Shown: one piece after another, positions 25,521 to 37,230 of the stretch
Layout of the letters: each line of letters opens with the position of its first letter
Position numbering within the stretch: position 1 is the first letter of the stretch
Assembly: GCA_964016885.1 (NCBI GenBank)
Contig: OZ024741.1
Span: 154,876,001 to 154,940,000 of the forward strand
Origin: Eledone cirrhosa
Taxonomy: Eukaryota
Reading direction: 5' to 3'
Length of the DNA stretch: 64,000 bases
Position numbers and translations under genes: made by a program
Notes under the pieces: generated by a model
Seen by the model: the letters and a program-made list of their open reading frames with translations, nothing else
Told to the model about the DNA's origin: nothing
Database searches by the model: none

Positions 25521-27773
25521 GATATAAGTATAAAGAAAATGCTCAAGTGCAGAAATGCTCTAAAAATAGCTTATAAAATAGGGTAAAGACCCATAAAAGA
25601 CGGAAAAAGAAGTTGCCATTGGCCACTATGAGTAATTAAACTCCAAAACCTGGTTTGACTACATTAAAATGCACCCAGTCCACTCTTTAAGGTGGTCATG
25701 CTAGTGTCAAAACAAAAAAACACCCAGTCCATCTTGTAAGGTGGCTGTATGGGTTCCACAATATAAAGCACCCAGTCCACCCTGTAAAGTGGTAGTAGTG
25801 GTACCACGAGAAAAAGCTTCCAGTATACACTGTAATGTGACTGGCATTAAGAAGGTCATCCAGCCATATAAAACCCTGAGCCCCAAAACAGATCATCTGT
25901 GCAAGACAAGATCATCTGAGCTATCTAGCTTCATAACGTGATAATCAATCTAACCCATACAAGCATGGAAAATAGATTTTAAACGGTGATGATGTGATGA
26001 TGATGGCATATACATACATATATATACATATATCATCATCATCACCGTTTTCATCGATTCTTCCATGCTAGTATGGGTTAGATGGGTTGTCCTGTTGTGG
26101 GCAATGTTAGGTCGGCTGACCTTGTCTTGCTCATACAGGAACTGCTTTTGGCTTGATTTCTACAGCTGGATTCCTTCCTAACACAAACCTCAGTTACAGT
26201 GAGTGCTGGGTGCTTTTTTTCTGTGGTGCCTACACGTCCACTTTATAGTGTGGGCTGGGTGCTTTTTTGTTGTGACACCTCCACGACCCCTTTGCAGTGG
26301 GAGGGGATGGGGGCATGTTGTCTATATGCTTTGTCTTCAGCTTGTTCCCATGGGAAGTTGAGTCTTCTGTATTACTGCATGACGCCAGAGGTCATGGTCC
26401 TGTGTCATCACCATTGAGAGGTGCAATTGGGCAAGGTCGGCTTTTATCACCTCATCCCAGGTCTTCTTGGGTCGCCCCACTCCTTGGCTTCCATCATATA
26501 TATATATATACATGATGACATATATTTATACATACATCACTGCAAAAATACATATATGTACATACATTTATATATACATAACTGAAAGATATATACATAT
26601 ATTTATATGCATACATATATTCATGTATATACATTGCTAAAAGACATACATAAATACATAATAATGATTTTTCCTTTAGGCACAAGGCCAGGAATTATGG
26701 GGGAAAAGAAATTTGATTATATTAAGTCAAGTACTTGACTAATGTTTTATTTTGTTGCACCCCCCCCCCCCCCATCCCCACTCCTGCCTTAAAAAAAGGA
26801 CAAAAGGCAAAGTAGACCTCAGTGGGATTTAAGCTTAGAATATAAAGAGCCATAACTATATCCCACAATGTATGTTGTCTGATGCTCTATCGATACTGCC
26901 AATCCACCACAGTCTTTACATACATAATAATTGTTTCTACTTTTGGCACAATATCAGCAATTAGCCCAGTGTATTATTTTATCGACCCTGTAAGGATGAA
27001 AGACAAAATTAACCTCGGCAGGATTTGCACTCAGAACATAGAGAGCCATAACTCTATGCTGCAAATCATACTGATACTGCCAATCCACCACACTCTTTAC
27101 ATACATAATAATGAAAACATTTGTTATATCACTAAATCCCTAGAAATCTTTGATTATTTTCAAAAATATTTGAAAATCATAGGCAATGAAAGGGTTAAGG
27201 TGTTTATATTCATCTAGAAGCCTTTCACCATGATTTTAGGTAAGAACATTAGGTTTAAAACACCAACTTGATAGTGAGAAAATTATATATTGGGAAGTTT
27301 AATTCAAATAAGAATCCTTTCAATTGAATAGTTTTGCTTCATAGAATTAGATTCAGTTTTGAGTGTGTTGATATCAAAAGAGTTCATGAAGAATCTGAAG
27401 GGATTTACAATTCATTATTTCATTAAGATAGTATTGGAAACATAATTTAACAAAAGGTTCTTATATAAAATTCCAGAAACACCTTCCTACTCCCTGTTAT
27501 CATGACAGTTGGTCACTTGCAAGAATGAGTTCCTACAAGTTCGAATGGTTCTTCCAGTTATCTTGTCTGCTTGGACCATGAGGTATTATCCACCTAAGGA
27601 TTTGCACATCAGAGAGAGGCAGAATGAACAAATTATATTGGATGGGTTTAATTTAAATAAGAACATTTTAAAATGAATGATTTTGATTCATAGAATCAGG
27701 GCTAGTTTTTAGTACGTTGGTACGAAACTTTTAAAGAACATTAATATATTTCATGCCAAGAAGTTTATACATG

Positions 27774-27992
27774 TTAACCCTTTAGCACTTAAACTGGCCG
27801 TACCTGGCCATACCTGTTCAAACTGGCTAAAACCGGCTGCCCATACTTATGTTAAGGTATTGTTCTCAAAATAAATAATATCAAAATCTCGTACATTCAA
27901 TATTATGTGAGATAATTATGTGAAATAAAGTGTTTACTGTGAAAATACAAATGTATATATAAAGTAATGTAAATGTTAAAGGAAAGGGTTAA
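27774..27992. mobile_element. Possible piggyBac-like MITE
   Basis: ttaa-cccttt...aaaggg-ttaa ends; related inverted copy near 51960-52130. Confidence 0.45.
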
Positions 27993-28376
27993 AGAATAAT
28001 TGCTTATAACAACCAAGAATAGTTGATAACTGTGTGGATAGACTGAATGGCTAAACATTGTGGTGGTGGTAGTGTAATAGTGTATTGTGGCATGTGTGGG
28101 ATTGGTGTGGTAGTGGTGTGTTATTCTGGAAAGGAGGTTCCTCCTCCTCCTTCTTCTTACCATCCTTCTCTTCTGCCATCTCTCCCCCTTTTCCAGCCAC
28201 CTCTATCACCCCACCCTTCCCACTGTTGAACAACAGGTCACTACACACAGATGTGATGTCACATGAGTAAAAATTCATTTTTTTCCTTCCTTTTGTTGTT
28301 CCTTCTTCCTTCAAAGTTGTCATTTACAACAAAGGGCCAAAACTTTCTCTCCTTGTCTGTGTCTACTACTGTCTTG

Positions 28377-28433
28377 CAGCAGCAACAACAACAGCAGCAG
28401 CAGCAACAACAACAACAACAACAGCAGCAGCAA
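28377..28433. repeat. Mixed (CAG/CAA)n trinucleotide tract
   Basis: cagcagcaacaacaacagcagcagcagcaacaa...; no supporting ORF. Confidence 0.85.
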
Positions 28434-28607
28434 TGGTAGCTGTAGTACACATCAAATACCACAATCTAATTAACCTTTTTATTGAAAAGCTTATATTTAT
28501 CACAGTCACTGTCATCATCATCACCACCACCACCATTACTTAACAACAACTACATAGATATGTGTTTATTACATAACTATGTATATATATAGTTATGATT
28601 TATATGC

Positions 28608-28679
<72 letters not shown>

Positions 28680-28680
28680 G

Positions 28681-28711
<31 letters not shown>

Positions 28712-28731
28712 GTATGTATACATATATATGT

Positions 28732-28802
<71 letters not shown>

Positions 28803-28830
28803 TACATATATATATATACATATATATATT

Positions 28831-28893
<63 letters not shown>

Positions 28894-29274
28894 TAACTGG
28901 ATATGTAGTATGACTGAGCAAATCTGATTATAGTCTTCTTGTATTTGTTTTTTAATGTTTTACTATTGCTGTTATTATTACTTTATCTCATCACCTCTCT
29001 ATGAAATGGCATGTCTGTTTGTTATTTAAATACATATTTCCAGCAGACTTCAAAAAACATCATAGATTAACTGAATCAGAAAATATACAAATTTCTCTCA
29101 TTTTGGGGGTTTGTTTCTGATTTTTTTTTGTTTTACTTTACCTGGAATTTTTTTTCTTTTTATAAATATTTTTCCCCATATTGTGTGACCTTAAGGAGCC
29201 TTCTAATATGTCATTTGATTTTTATTATTTGTTTTGTGTCTATTTTATCTGTTTGTATATATATATACACACAC

Positions 29275-29346
<72 letters not shown>

Positions 29347-29517
29347 ATAAGAATATTTATATTTATATATGTTTAATACAACTATAAATATGGAGGGTAG
29401 TACTAAGTACTAGCTGGTTACCGGTATGACAAAAGGCTCAATGCAAATTTTCAAGTGTTTTACAGAGCTGAGATACATCGTGTTAAAACGATCAAATTTT
29501 AGTTTAGAACATTTATT

Positions 29518-29563
29518 TGCTGACAATTGTTTCTTCCAGAGGAAGTCTGGAATCATCGGAGCA
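29518..29563 (-). ncRNA. HHR-like motif, family C
   Basis: Reverse-complement copy of 30025-30071. Confidence 0.7.
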
Positions 29564-30024
29564 TAGGGAATGTCGAAACATGTGACTAAAATCCTAGTCA
29601 TTCAGAACATTTAGGGTACATAATTGTTGTTAGTGTCATAGGCATCCTGTGGAGAGTCAGGAGTTAAAAAGATGTTATGCTTGAGAGAACACAATTATAG
29701 GCAACACTGCTTGAAAGTGTATAAGCGAAAAGTACAGGCACAAGAATACAGGCAAAAAAGTTATAAGCAAGGAAAATTGGTGTACAATGCAGGAGTCAAT
29801 ACAGTCAATATAGCATGTATGAGGAAAGAGTTATAATGCAGTTGAAATAAACATATTTTGTGTGGGGTGTTAAAGCATGTTATAATTGTTAGAAATGTTT
29901 AAGATGGCGTGCAATTTGTTAGAGAGGCATGTGGTGATAATGTAGGTATTTGTTATGTGAGGTGTAATGCAAAGCACATGATAGAGTTGGATAGGATTTT
30001 AGTCACATGTTTCGACATTCCCTA

Positions 30025-30071
30025 TGCTCCGATGATTCCAGACTTCCCTCTGGAAGAAACAATTGTCAGCA
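30025..30071 (+). ncRNA. HHR-like motif, family C (CCGAUGA core)
   Basis: tgct-CCGATGA-ttccaga(cttccc)tctggaa-GAAA-caattg-TC-agca: stems I and II pair, stem III is palindromic, GUC site. Confidence 0.75.
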
Positions 30072-30107
30072 AATAGATGTTCTAAACTAAAATTTGATCG
30101 TTTTAAC

Positions 30108-30156
<49 letters not shown>

Positions 30157-30262
30157 ATAATAATAAATTTTAAACTAAAATCCAAAGAGGGCTCGATAAG
30201 GATAAATATATATCAAATATATAAGAACCGTAGAGCAAATATTTATTAAAATAACAGATTAA

Positions 30263-30313
30263 AGTTTAAGCAAAGAATCGCTGCTTTCACCCTTAACGGG
30301 ATCTTCTGAAACT
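30263..30313 (-). ncRNA. HHR-like motif, family D
   Basis: Reverse complement of 30605-30655. Confidence 0.6.
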
Positions 30314-30604
30314 AACAAAGTCAATCTGTAAATGAGAAGTGGATATTTCAAAAAACGTTGCAACCGGAGGAAGCCAGGAAGACGATACTTTGGTTCGTGG
30401 AAACGTTCCCTATGCAAATAAGTAAAATATTTTACGTCTTGGATATTTTACGTCTTGATGTGGTAGCTAAGTATATGTTATGTTTATACCATTACTTATT
30501 TGCATAGGGAACGTTTCCACGAACCAAAGTATCGTCTTCCTGGCTTCCTCCTGTTGCAACGTTTTTTGAAATATCCACTTCTGCGTTTACAGATTGACTT
30601 TGTT

Positions 30605-30655
30605 AGTTTCAGAAGATCCCGTTAAGGGTGAAAGCAGCGATTCTTTGCTTAAACT
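30605..30655 (+). ncRNA. HHR-like motif, family D (CAGAAGA core)
   Basis: agttt-CAGAAGA-tccc(gttaa)gggt-GAAA-gca(gcgattctt)tgc-TT-aaact. Confidence 0.65.
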
Positions 30656-30748
30656 TTAATCTGTTATTTTAATAAATATATATATATATATATATATGAG
30701 AGACGTAAAATAAGAAAATTATAAAATTAACTTACTTACTAAAATTTC

Positions 30749-30830
30749 ACTCCAACTAATTAGTTTCTGAAAGGGAATAAACATACTTTCCGAAGAAACG
30801 TACGGAGAAGCCTTTCGTCATCAGGGAAGT
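30749..30830 (-). ncRNA. HHR motif, family E, in fragment 30700-31110
   Basis: Minus: acttcc-CTGATGA-cgaaagg...cctttca-GAAA-ctaattag-TT-ggagt. Palindromic stem III, extended stem II. Confidence 0.7.
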
Positions 30831-31110
30831 CTATTCTCAGCTAAGTTTCCAGGCAATACGTGGACACAGGGAACTTATACAAAAATAATTCAGTGGATGG
30901 AAAAAAGCAAAGCGTGGACTAAATTCCAAGCCACTGAAAAAATCACTGCCTACTGCGTCGGTGGCAAATTCAAAAGAATCAATCACGTGACATCGAGGTC
31001 AATCAGTGAAGAGTGGTTTGTTAAGAAGACAGCAGCCGGACCGTTACTATAGTAGCAGTTTTGGCCAATTTTTGCTCGACAAAATAATTTGGAGATAATT
31101 ATAAAGAATT

Positions 31111-31167
<57 letters not shown>

Positions 31168-31173
<6 letters not shown>

Positions 31174-31730
31174 TAACAGATTATAGCGAATATTCATTTG
31201 GTCTCCTAGTTAGAATTTTAGTCTACGATTTCTGCTATACCATTTACGTGGTTTTGTCTTTGCGTGCTATTGTTCTCCACGCTCCACATATGACTTATTA
31301 TCTTCGTTTTTTCGTTCATTGCCAGAGAACGTCTCTATGCACCACCTAAGAGAACATTAGTCTACGACCTCTTTTATACCATAAACGTGGTTTTGTCTTT
31401 GCGCGTAATTGTTTTTCATTTTCGTAATTGTTTTTCATTAATGACGTATTATTCGTTTTTTCCCGTTCTTTGCCAGCGAACGTTACCACGAACCAAAGTA
31501 TCGTCTTCCTGTCTTCCTCCGGTTGCAACGTTTTTTGAAATATCCAGTTCTGCGTTTACAGATTGACTTTGTTAGTTTCAGAAGATCCCGTTAAGGGTGA
31601 AAGCAGCGATTCTTTGCTTAAACTTTAATCTGTTATTTTAGTAAATATTTGCTCTACGGTTCTTATATATTTGATATATATTTTCCTTATCGAGCCCTCT
31701 TTGGATTTTAGTCTTCAATTTTATTATTAT

Positions 31731-31735
<5 letters not shown>
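31168..31735 (+). mobile_element. Further family D copy with a short inverted 5' end
   Basis: 31478-31735 is the reverse complement of 30155-30405. 31168-31184 inverts about 31627-31640. Flanked by (TA)n. Confidence 0.8.
31574..31624 (+). ncRNA. HHR-like motif, family D
   Basis: Same sequence as 30605-30655. Confidence 0.62.
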
Positions 31736-31800
<65 letters not shown>

Positions 31801-31897
31801 CTTTGAGTATGCGTTGGTTGTTTACCGGCACTTCAGTATGCAGGTTAGAGCATTCAACGAAGTCGCAGGTGGGTTTGTTTACTCTGGAGTAATTTAA

Positions 31898-32220
31898 AAA
31901 CAAGAAGTTTAAGTCAATAGATTAAAATTAACTTCGTTTATTCATATTCGCTGCTATATATATTTTGGTGATATCCGTTATTCAACAGCTAGAACTTGAA
32001 CAGAAAAAACAGGAAATCCTTAGAGGATTAACACCACACTCTGCATCTGAACATATCAACAAATTAACAAGGTAAAATCTATTCCAACAATATATTTTAC
32101 TGTTAAAGTTCTAATTGCCTGATGAGGTTATGGCTGTTGAATAATGGTTATCACCAAAATATATATAGCAGCGAATATGAATAAACAAAGTTAATTTTAA
32201 CCTGTTGACTTACACTTCTT

Positions 32221-32224
<4 letters not shown>
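31898..32224. mobile_element. Foldback element F; arms 31898-31991 and 32130-32224
   Basis: Imperfect inverted repeat of about 94 bp overlapping an HHR-like motif, followed by (TA)n. Confidence 0.8.
32115..32171 (+). ncRNA. HHR-like motif, family F (AAAA in place of GAAA)
   Basis: ttgc-CTGATGA-ggttat...atcacc-AAAA-tatata-TA-gcag. Confidence 0.55.
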
Positions 32225-32300
<76 letters not shown>

Positions 32301-32360
32301 ATGCTTTGGGAGGGTCATATATATATATATATATATATATATGTTTTTTTAATAAATATA

Positions 32361-32407
<47 letters not shown>

Positions 32408-32592
32408 AGATAAATCTACCAAAAATTTACGGTAGTGTCCAATCCCTACGAAGAACTCAATGTAATCCGGATATCATGAAAAGAGAAGATGCATTCAAAA
32501 ATTATTTTCGGTGAAAATTAACGGAAAACAGAGTCAAGATAAATTAATAAAGTAATGAATAAACAAAGAAACAGTTCCTTATATTAAAAAAT

Positions 32593-32734
32593 TCATCATT
32601 TTACGATCGTTTCTAGGATATATATGTGTTAGTGTTGGTATGCATATTCTATAAATCTATGTAAAATATTTATACAAACTATCAGAGGGAATATACATAC
32701 CTACACATATATATGCTGTCTTCAGAAATAATGA
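32593..32734 (-). ncRNA. HHR motif, family B
   Basis: Reverse complement of 34424-34565. Confidence 0.72.
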
Positions 32735-33121
32735 TATTTGTTTATTGAAAAAAACAAAGATTTAATACAATAGGTCTGTTTGGGAACAGGTTTTGAATTG
32801 ACCAATAGAAAGATAGTGAAGGTCAAGATAGTAATATAGTAGTAAAAGAACCTTAATTTATGGGTAGAGGAAGGTAGATTACAGTTTTGGATGGAAAAGA
32901 ATATTATGAATGAAAGATTATTTTAGGGATGAAAATAGGTCGTATGCTGACCTCAGAAATAATTATATTTGTTCATTGAATAAAACCAACAAAGATTTAA
33001 TATAGTCTGTCTGTTTGGTAACAGGTTTAGAATTAACCAATAGAAAGTTAATAATTGGCCAAATGGTAAAATAGTAGTAATTGAAGTTTATTTTAGGGGT
33101 AGAAGAAGGTAGATTTCAGCT

Positions 33122-33367
33122 AATACAACATCTCTAGCTGAAATAATTAATAATTATAGAAAGAGGAATATAGATTATGACCTGACCTGGAGTGTGCTCA
33201 AAAGGGCCACCCCTTATCAAAATAATAGATATGAATATAGATTATGTTCCCAAGAACTTTTTGAAATAATGAAATCTAAGGATATCCTATTAAATAAGCG
33301 ACAGGAATTAATAATATCGTGTAATCATAAACTGAGAAAAACCTTTAAATATTATAAACCTAATTAA
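33122..33367 (+). pseudogene. PLE GIY-YIG endonuclease C-terminal fragment (absent from ORF track)
   Basis: NTTSLAEIINNYRKRNIDYDLTWSVLKRATPYQNNRYEYRLCSQELFEIMKSKDILLNKRQELIISCNHK aligns by eye with STSLSSLL...TWNIIS.ATPF...CDLCIEE...LNLRNNLFSCCRH of PLE A. Confidence 0.8.
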
Positions 33368-33696
33368 TATACATTTTAGAAATTAATATATAAACTGTTT
33401 TTAATTTAGTTAACCTATAATTAATATTCTACTACTGATAAACTACATAATTTTACTTTCCTTCTTACAACTATCATTTCCTAAAACTGATACCATTAAG
33501 TAAACATATATAATGCTTTAATTTCAGGTTATGACTCTATGTTCCTTAAAATCTCTATATATTTATTATTTCTCACTAATAAATTTAACCCCCCCCCCAA
33601 TAATTATATGTATGTGTATGTATGTGTATGTGTATATATATATATATGTATATATGTGTGTATATATATATGTGTGTGTGTGTATGTGTGTGTATG

Positions 33697-33733
<37 letters not shown>

Positions 33734-34423
33734 TTTATATTCTTTTAATTTCCCCTCATCTTTAACAGCACTCTTCAACTACATCTAACTCTTATTTATC
33801 ATATCTATATGCATTAGTATAATTTTATCAATATAAATATACCCATCAATTAAATTAATTTATATTCTTTTCATGGATGTATTTTTTTCACTAACACGCT
33901 TATCGTACAATTTTAGTCTCCTTAGATATTTGCATTGGCATAACTATTTTATAACAGCAACTGTTCGTATACCTTTTACTGACCTGACCTATTTTCACCC
34001 CTAAAATAACCTTCTCATTCTTCACACTCCATTCAAAACCGAAATCTACCTTCTTTTACCCCTAAAATAAACTTCAATTACTACTATTTTACCATTTGGC
34101 CAATTATTAACTTTCTATTGGTTAATTCTAAACCTGTTACCAAACAGACAGACTATATTAAATCTTTGTTGGTTTTATTCAATGAACAAATATAATTATT
34201 TCTGAGGTCAGCATACGACCTATTTTCATCCCTAAAATAATCTTTCATTCATAATATTCTTTTCCATCCAAAACTGTAATCTACCTTCCTCTACCCATAA
34301 ATTAAGGTTCTTTTACTACTATATTACTATCTTGACCTTCACTATCTTTCTATTGGTCAATTCAAAACCTGTTCCCAAACAGACCTATTGTATTAAATCT
34401 TTGTTTTTTTCAATAAACAAATA

Positions 34424-34565
34424 TCATTATTTCTGAAGACAGCATATATATGTGTAGGTATGTATATTCCCTCTGATAGTTTGTATAAATATTTTACATA
34501 GATCTATAGAATATGCATACCAACACTAACACATATATATCCTAGAAACGATCGTAAAATGATGA
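34424..34565 (+). ncRNA. HHR motif, family B, with 105-nt stem II
   Basis: tcattattt-CTGAAGA-cagcatatatatgtgt...acacatatatatccta-GAAA-cgatcg-TA-aaatgatga; 9-bp stem I. Confidence 0.75.
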
Positions 34566-34615
34566 ATTTTTTTAATATAAGGGAAATGTTTCTTTGTTTA
34601 TTCATTACTTTATTA

Positions 34616-34664
<49 letters not shown>

Positions 34665-34787
34665 AAAGTTCTATTTAAAATTGTTGGGATACAACAAGTA
34701 ATTATTTTTATAACTGATATAAAGCACTCGACAATTATTTGGAGTAGATATACGATATTAATAAATGGAAACTATATTTATAAAACC

Positions 34788-34862
34788 ATATTTATTTCAT
34801 TATACATATTTCAGGGATACCAAATTAAATTATGGTATGCCTTCATCAGACAAAATACAATA
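34788..34862 (-). ncRNA. Type I HHR, family A
   Basis: Reverse complement of 40668-40742. Confidence 0.82.
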
Positions 34863-35437
34863 TATAACAGTTTTACAAATAAGCTTTGACGTACCCTATT
34901 AAAATGCAACCATTGTTTTTGGAAGTCATCCGGATAGTGATTTGTTTATATTACGTTAATAAGTCATAGTGTTAAGGACAATTAGAAAAAGACGGAGAGA
35001 AAGAAAAAACGTGGAGAGGTATCGGAGAGAGAGAGATGCATGGAGAAGACAAGAAAGAGATAAGTAAAGACAGGAGGAAAGGAAGAAAGAAGAAAAAAGG
35101 AAGAAATAAGAAAAACAGAGGAAAGCAACAGAGAGATATTAAGTCAACAGACAGATAGAAAAACTTAAGAGAAAGAAATGTTATATAGAGAGAGAGGGAG
35201 ATTATGAAAACTTTACGTCATGTCATGTTAAGTTGAGTTAACAATTCATATGAAATGAATAATAAAAATATAAATATTAATATTCATGAATGGGACATAG
35301 ATATATAATATGAGAAATTAAACATTGTTTAATAATGACTATATGTTTAGTTTAAACCTTGAGATCAATATACCAAAATTTGGGTTTAATCTCCAAAATG
35401 TACACATTGCTATAGAAGTATCTCAGGCAAAGACAAC

Positions 35438-35485
<48 letters not shown>

Positions 35486-36589
35486 GCACGTCCTGAAAAT
35501 AGAAATTATATTTACTCAAGTCAACAATATAGACATATAACGCGCAGACGATTTCTCTTAATCACTGCTATACATTCCTTGTGTTATAAAAAGTTCACAG
35601 TATATATACACATAAATATATACGATTAACATTCATGACTTCATATATATGATTACCATTCATGCATTTAACATTTCTGCAATCCAAACAGCGTGGTTAT
35701 GCAACATAACTTTTACCCACAGATATACATACACACACATATATACATATACACCTATATATGTATAAATAAATATCTGCGTGCGTCATCATGCATCGCT
35801 CATGTATACATACAGACATAAATACAATCATAAAAAACCTATAACACTTTTATATGCATGTTAATACACACATATACTTTTGTATAGAGATAATCAAATA
35901 TCAATATATTACTAAGGATTATACTTTGGAAATATAATTATACCAATATAAATTTAAAATACCAAAGGATTATATTTTGGAAATACAACTATATCAATAC
36001 AGTCAAAAGGACAAACGAATTCTAGAAATGTCAAAGCATTAAATAGCTTTAAAACACTATGGAGTATCTTAAGTTAAAATAATATGTTTCATATATTTAG
36101 TATAGAAAATTATCCTACTTATATTTCAATCAAGATATTGAAAGGGTAGACTTATGAGAACTATGAGAAGCTATCACAATCAAAGCAAAACTAATAAAAA
36201 TAAATAAAAATAAAAATAAAATAAAATAAAATAAAAGTTAAATAAATATTATATCAATATAATTAAAAATTTAAAAATTTAAAGATCTAAAAATTTCAAA
36301 AAAATTTCAAAAAGAATTAAAACATTTTTAAAATTCAAAAATTTAAAAGATTTTAAAAACCAAGGATTCTATAGATATCCTTATATTTAGTATAGAAATT
36401 TATCCTACACATATTTTATTTAAGATATTGTAAGTATAGACATTTTAAAGTAGTTTATTATATCTATGTTTATATTTAGGAAGAAAGTTTAAAAAGAAAA
36501 AGGTGAAGGAATCTAATGATTTATCGACAGGTTTTATATATTAACTAAATTACTTAATTAATTATACTATATTTTAAATTTATATTTAT

Positions 36590-37230
36590 ATTTAAACGTT
36601 GAGTTCAATCTATGTCTGCAGCAACTGAATAAATTGTTCCTTAAATTAAGGGAATTTTTGGACTTTAATATAAAGAATATTTCTTCAATACAAAGATCAC
36701 AATTTTCTGAAGAGGAATTAAAAGGAGTGGCTTATGAAATAATATTCCAAGTCATCGAATATTTAACATTATCTCGTTTTAGGTCCCATAGTAGGCTAGA
36801 TAGCGAAGTTGAAGATTTTTTGTTTGGATCTGTGAAAGAATTTTTATGATTATTGAAGCGAAATTTAAATTCAGTCGAGGTAGAACCAACATAGTTAAAC
36901 GAACTTAAATTAGTTTTAACATTACAATTGTACACTACATTTTTAGCTAAGCAGTTGTTATTTAACGGACAGTTATATTTATTTCTACAGTTACAGTTAT
37001 TCAATTGAATATTGCTTGGGTTATTATTGGTATTTTCGTTAGGTTTTAAATTTCTATTAATTCTATTAATATTTTGTGCTAAATTTTTGGTGGACGAGTA
37101 AGTTAATTTTATAGTGTGTCTATTAAAAATTGAGTAATATTTATATGTTCTAGGGAAGCGTTTGTCAAGAGCTTTAAAGAATAGTTTAGCAATAGGGGTT
37201 TTAATATTTAGTGAGAAAGGGGGAGCAAAC
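36590..37230 (-). pseudogene. Inverted copy of PLE linker and GIY-YIG endonuclease
   Basis: CNCRNKYNCPLNNNCLAKNVVYNCNV...YVGSTSTEFKFRFNNH. Confidence 0.88.

Larger units (their letters stand above)
29385..30109. mobile_element. Foldback element C without recognisable ORF; arms 29480-29596 and 29992-30109, HHR in each arm
   Basis: Near-perfect inverted repeat of about 117 bp; the right end runs into (TA)n. Confidence 0.85.
30155..30679. mobile_element. Foldback element D; arms 30240-30425 and 30492-30678
   Basis: Inverted repeat of about 186 bp around a 66-bp spacer, with (TA)n on both sides. Confidence 0.88.
32543..34617 (+). mobile_element. 5'-truncated Penelope-like element B with inverted arm; arms 32543-33117 and 34041-34617
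   Basis: Near-perfect inverted repeat of about 575 bp. The spacer starts with a PLE endonuclease C-terminus, and the UTR has about 230-bp tandem units. Confidence 0.88.

Noticed and set aside
27500-27595. Short exon-like stretches here and at 17860-17945 and 52175-52216
   Set aside because: Weak splice signals and no recognisable protein.
28577-28927. IYIY, HTHT and MYVC ORFs here and throughout the window
   Set aside because: Translations of (TA)n, (CA)n and (TATG)n microsatellites.
32400-32540. Possible further HHR terminus
   Set aside because: Only a GAAA-side resemblance; the core is absent.
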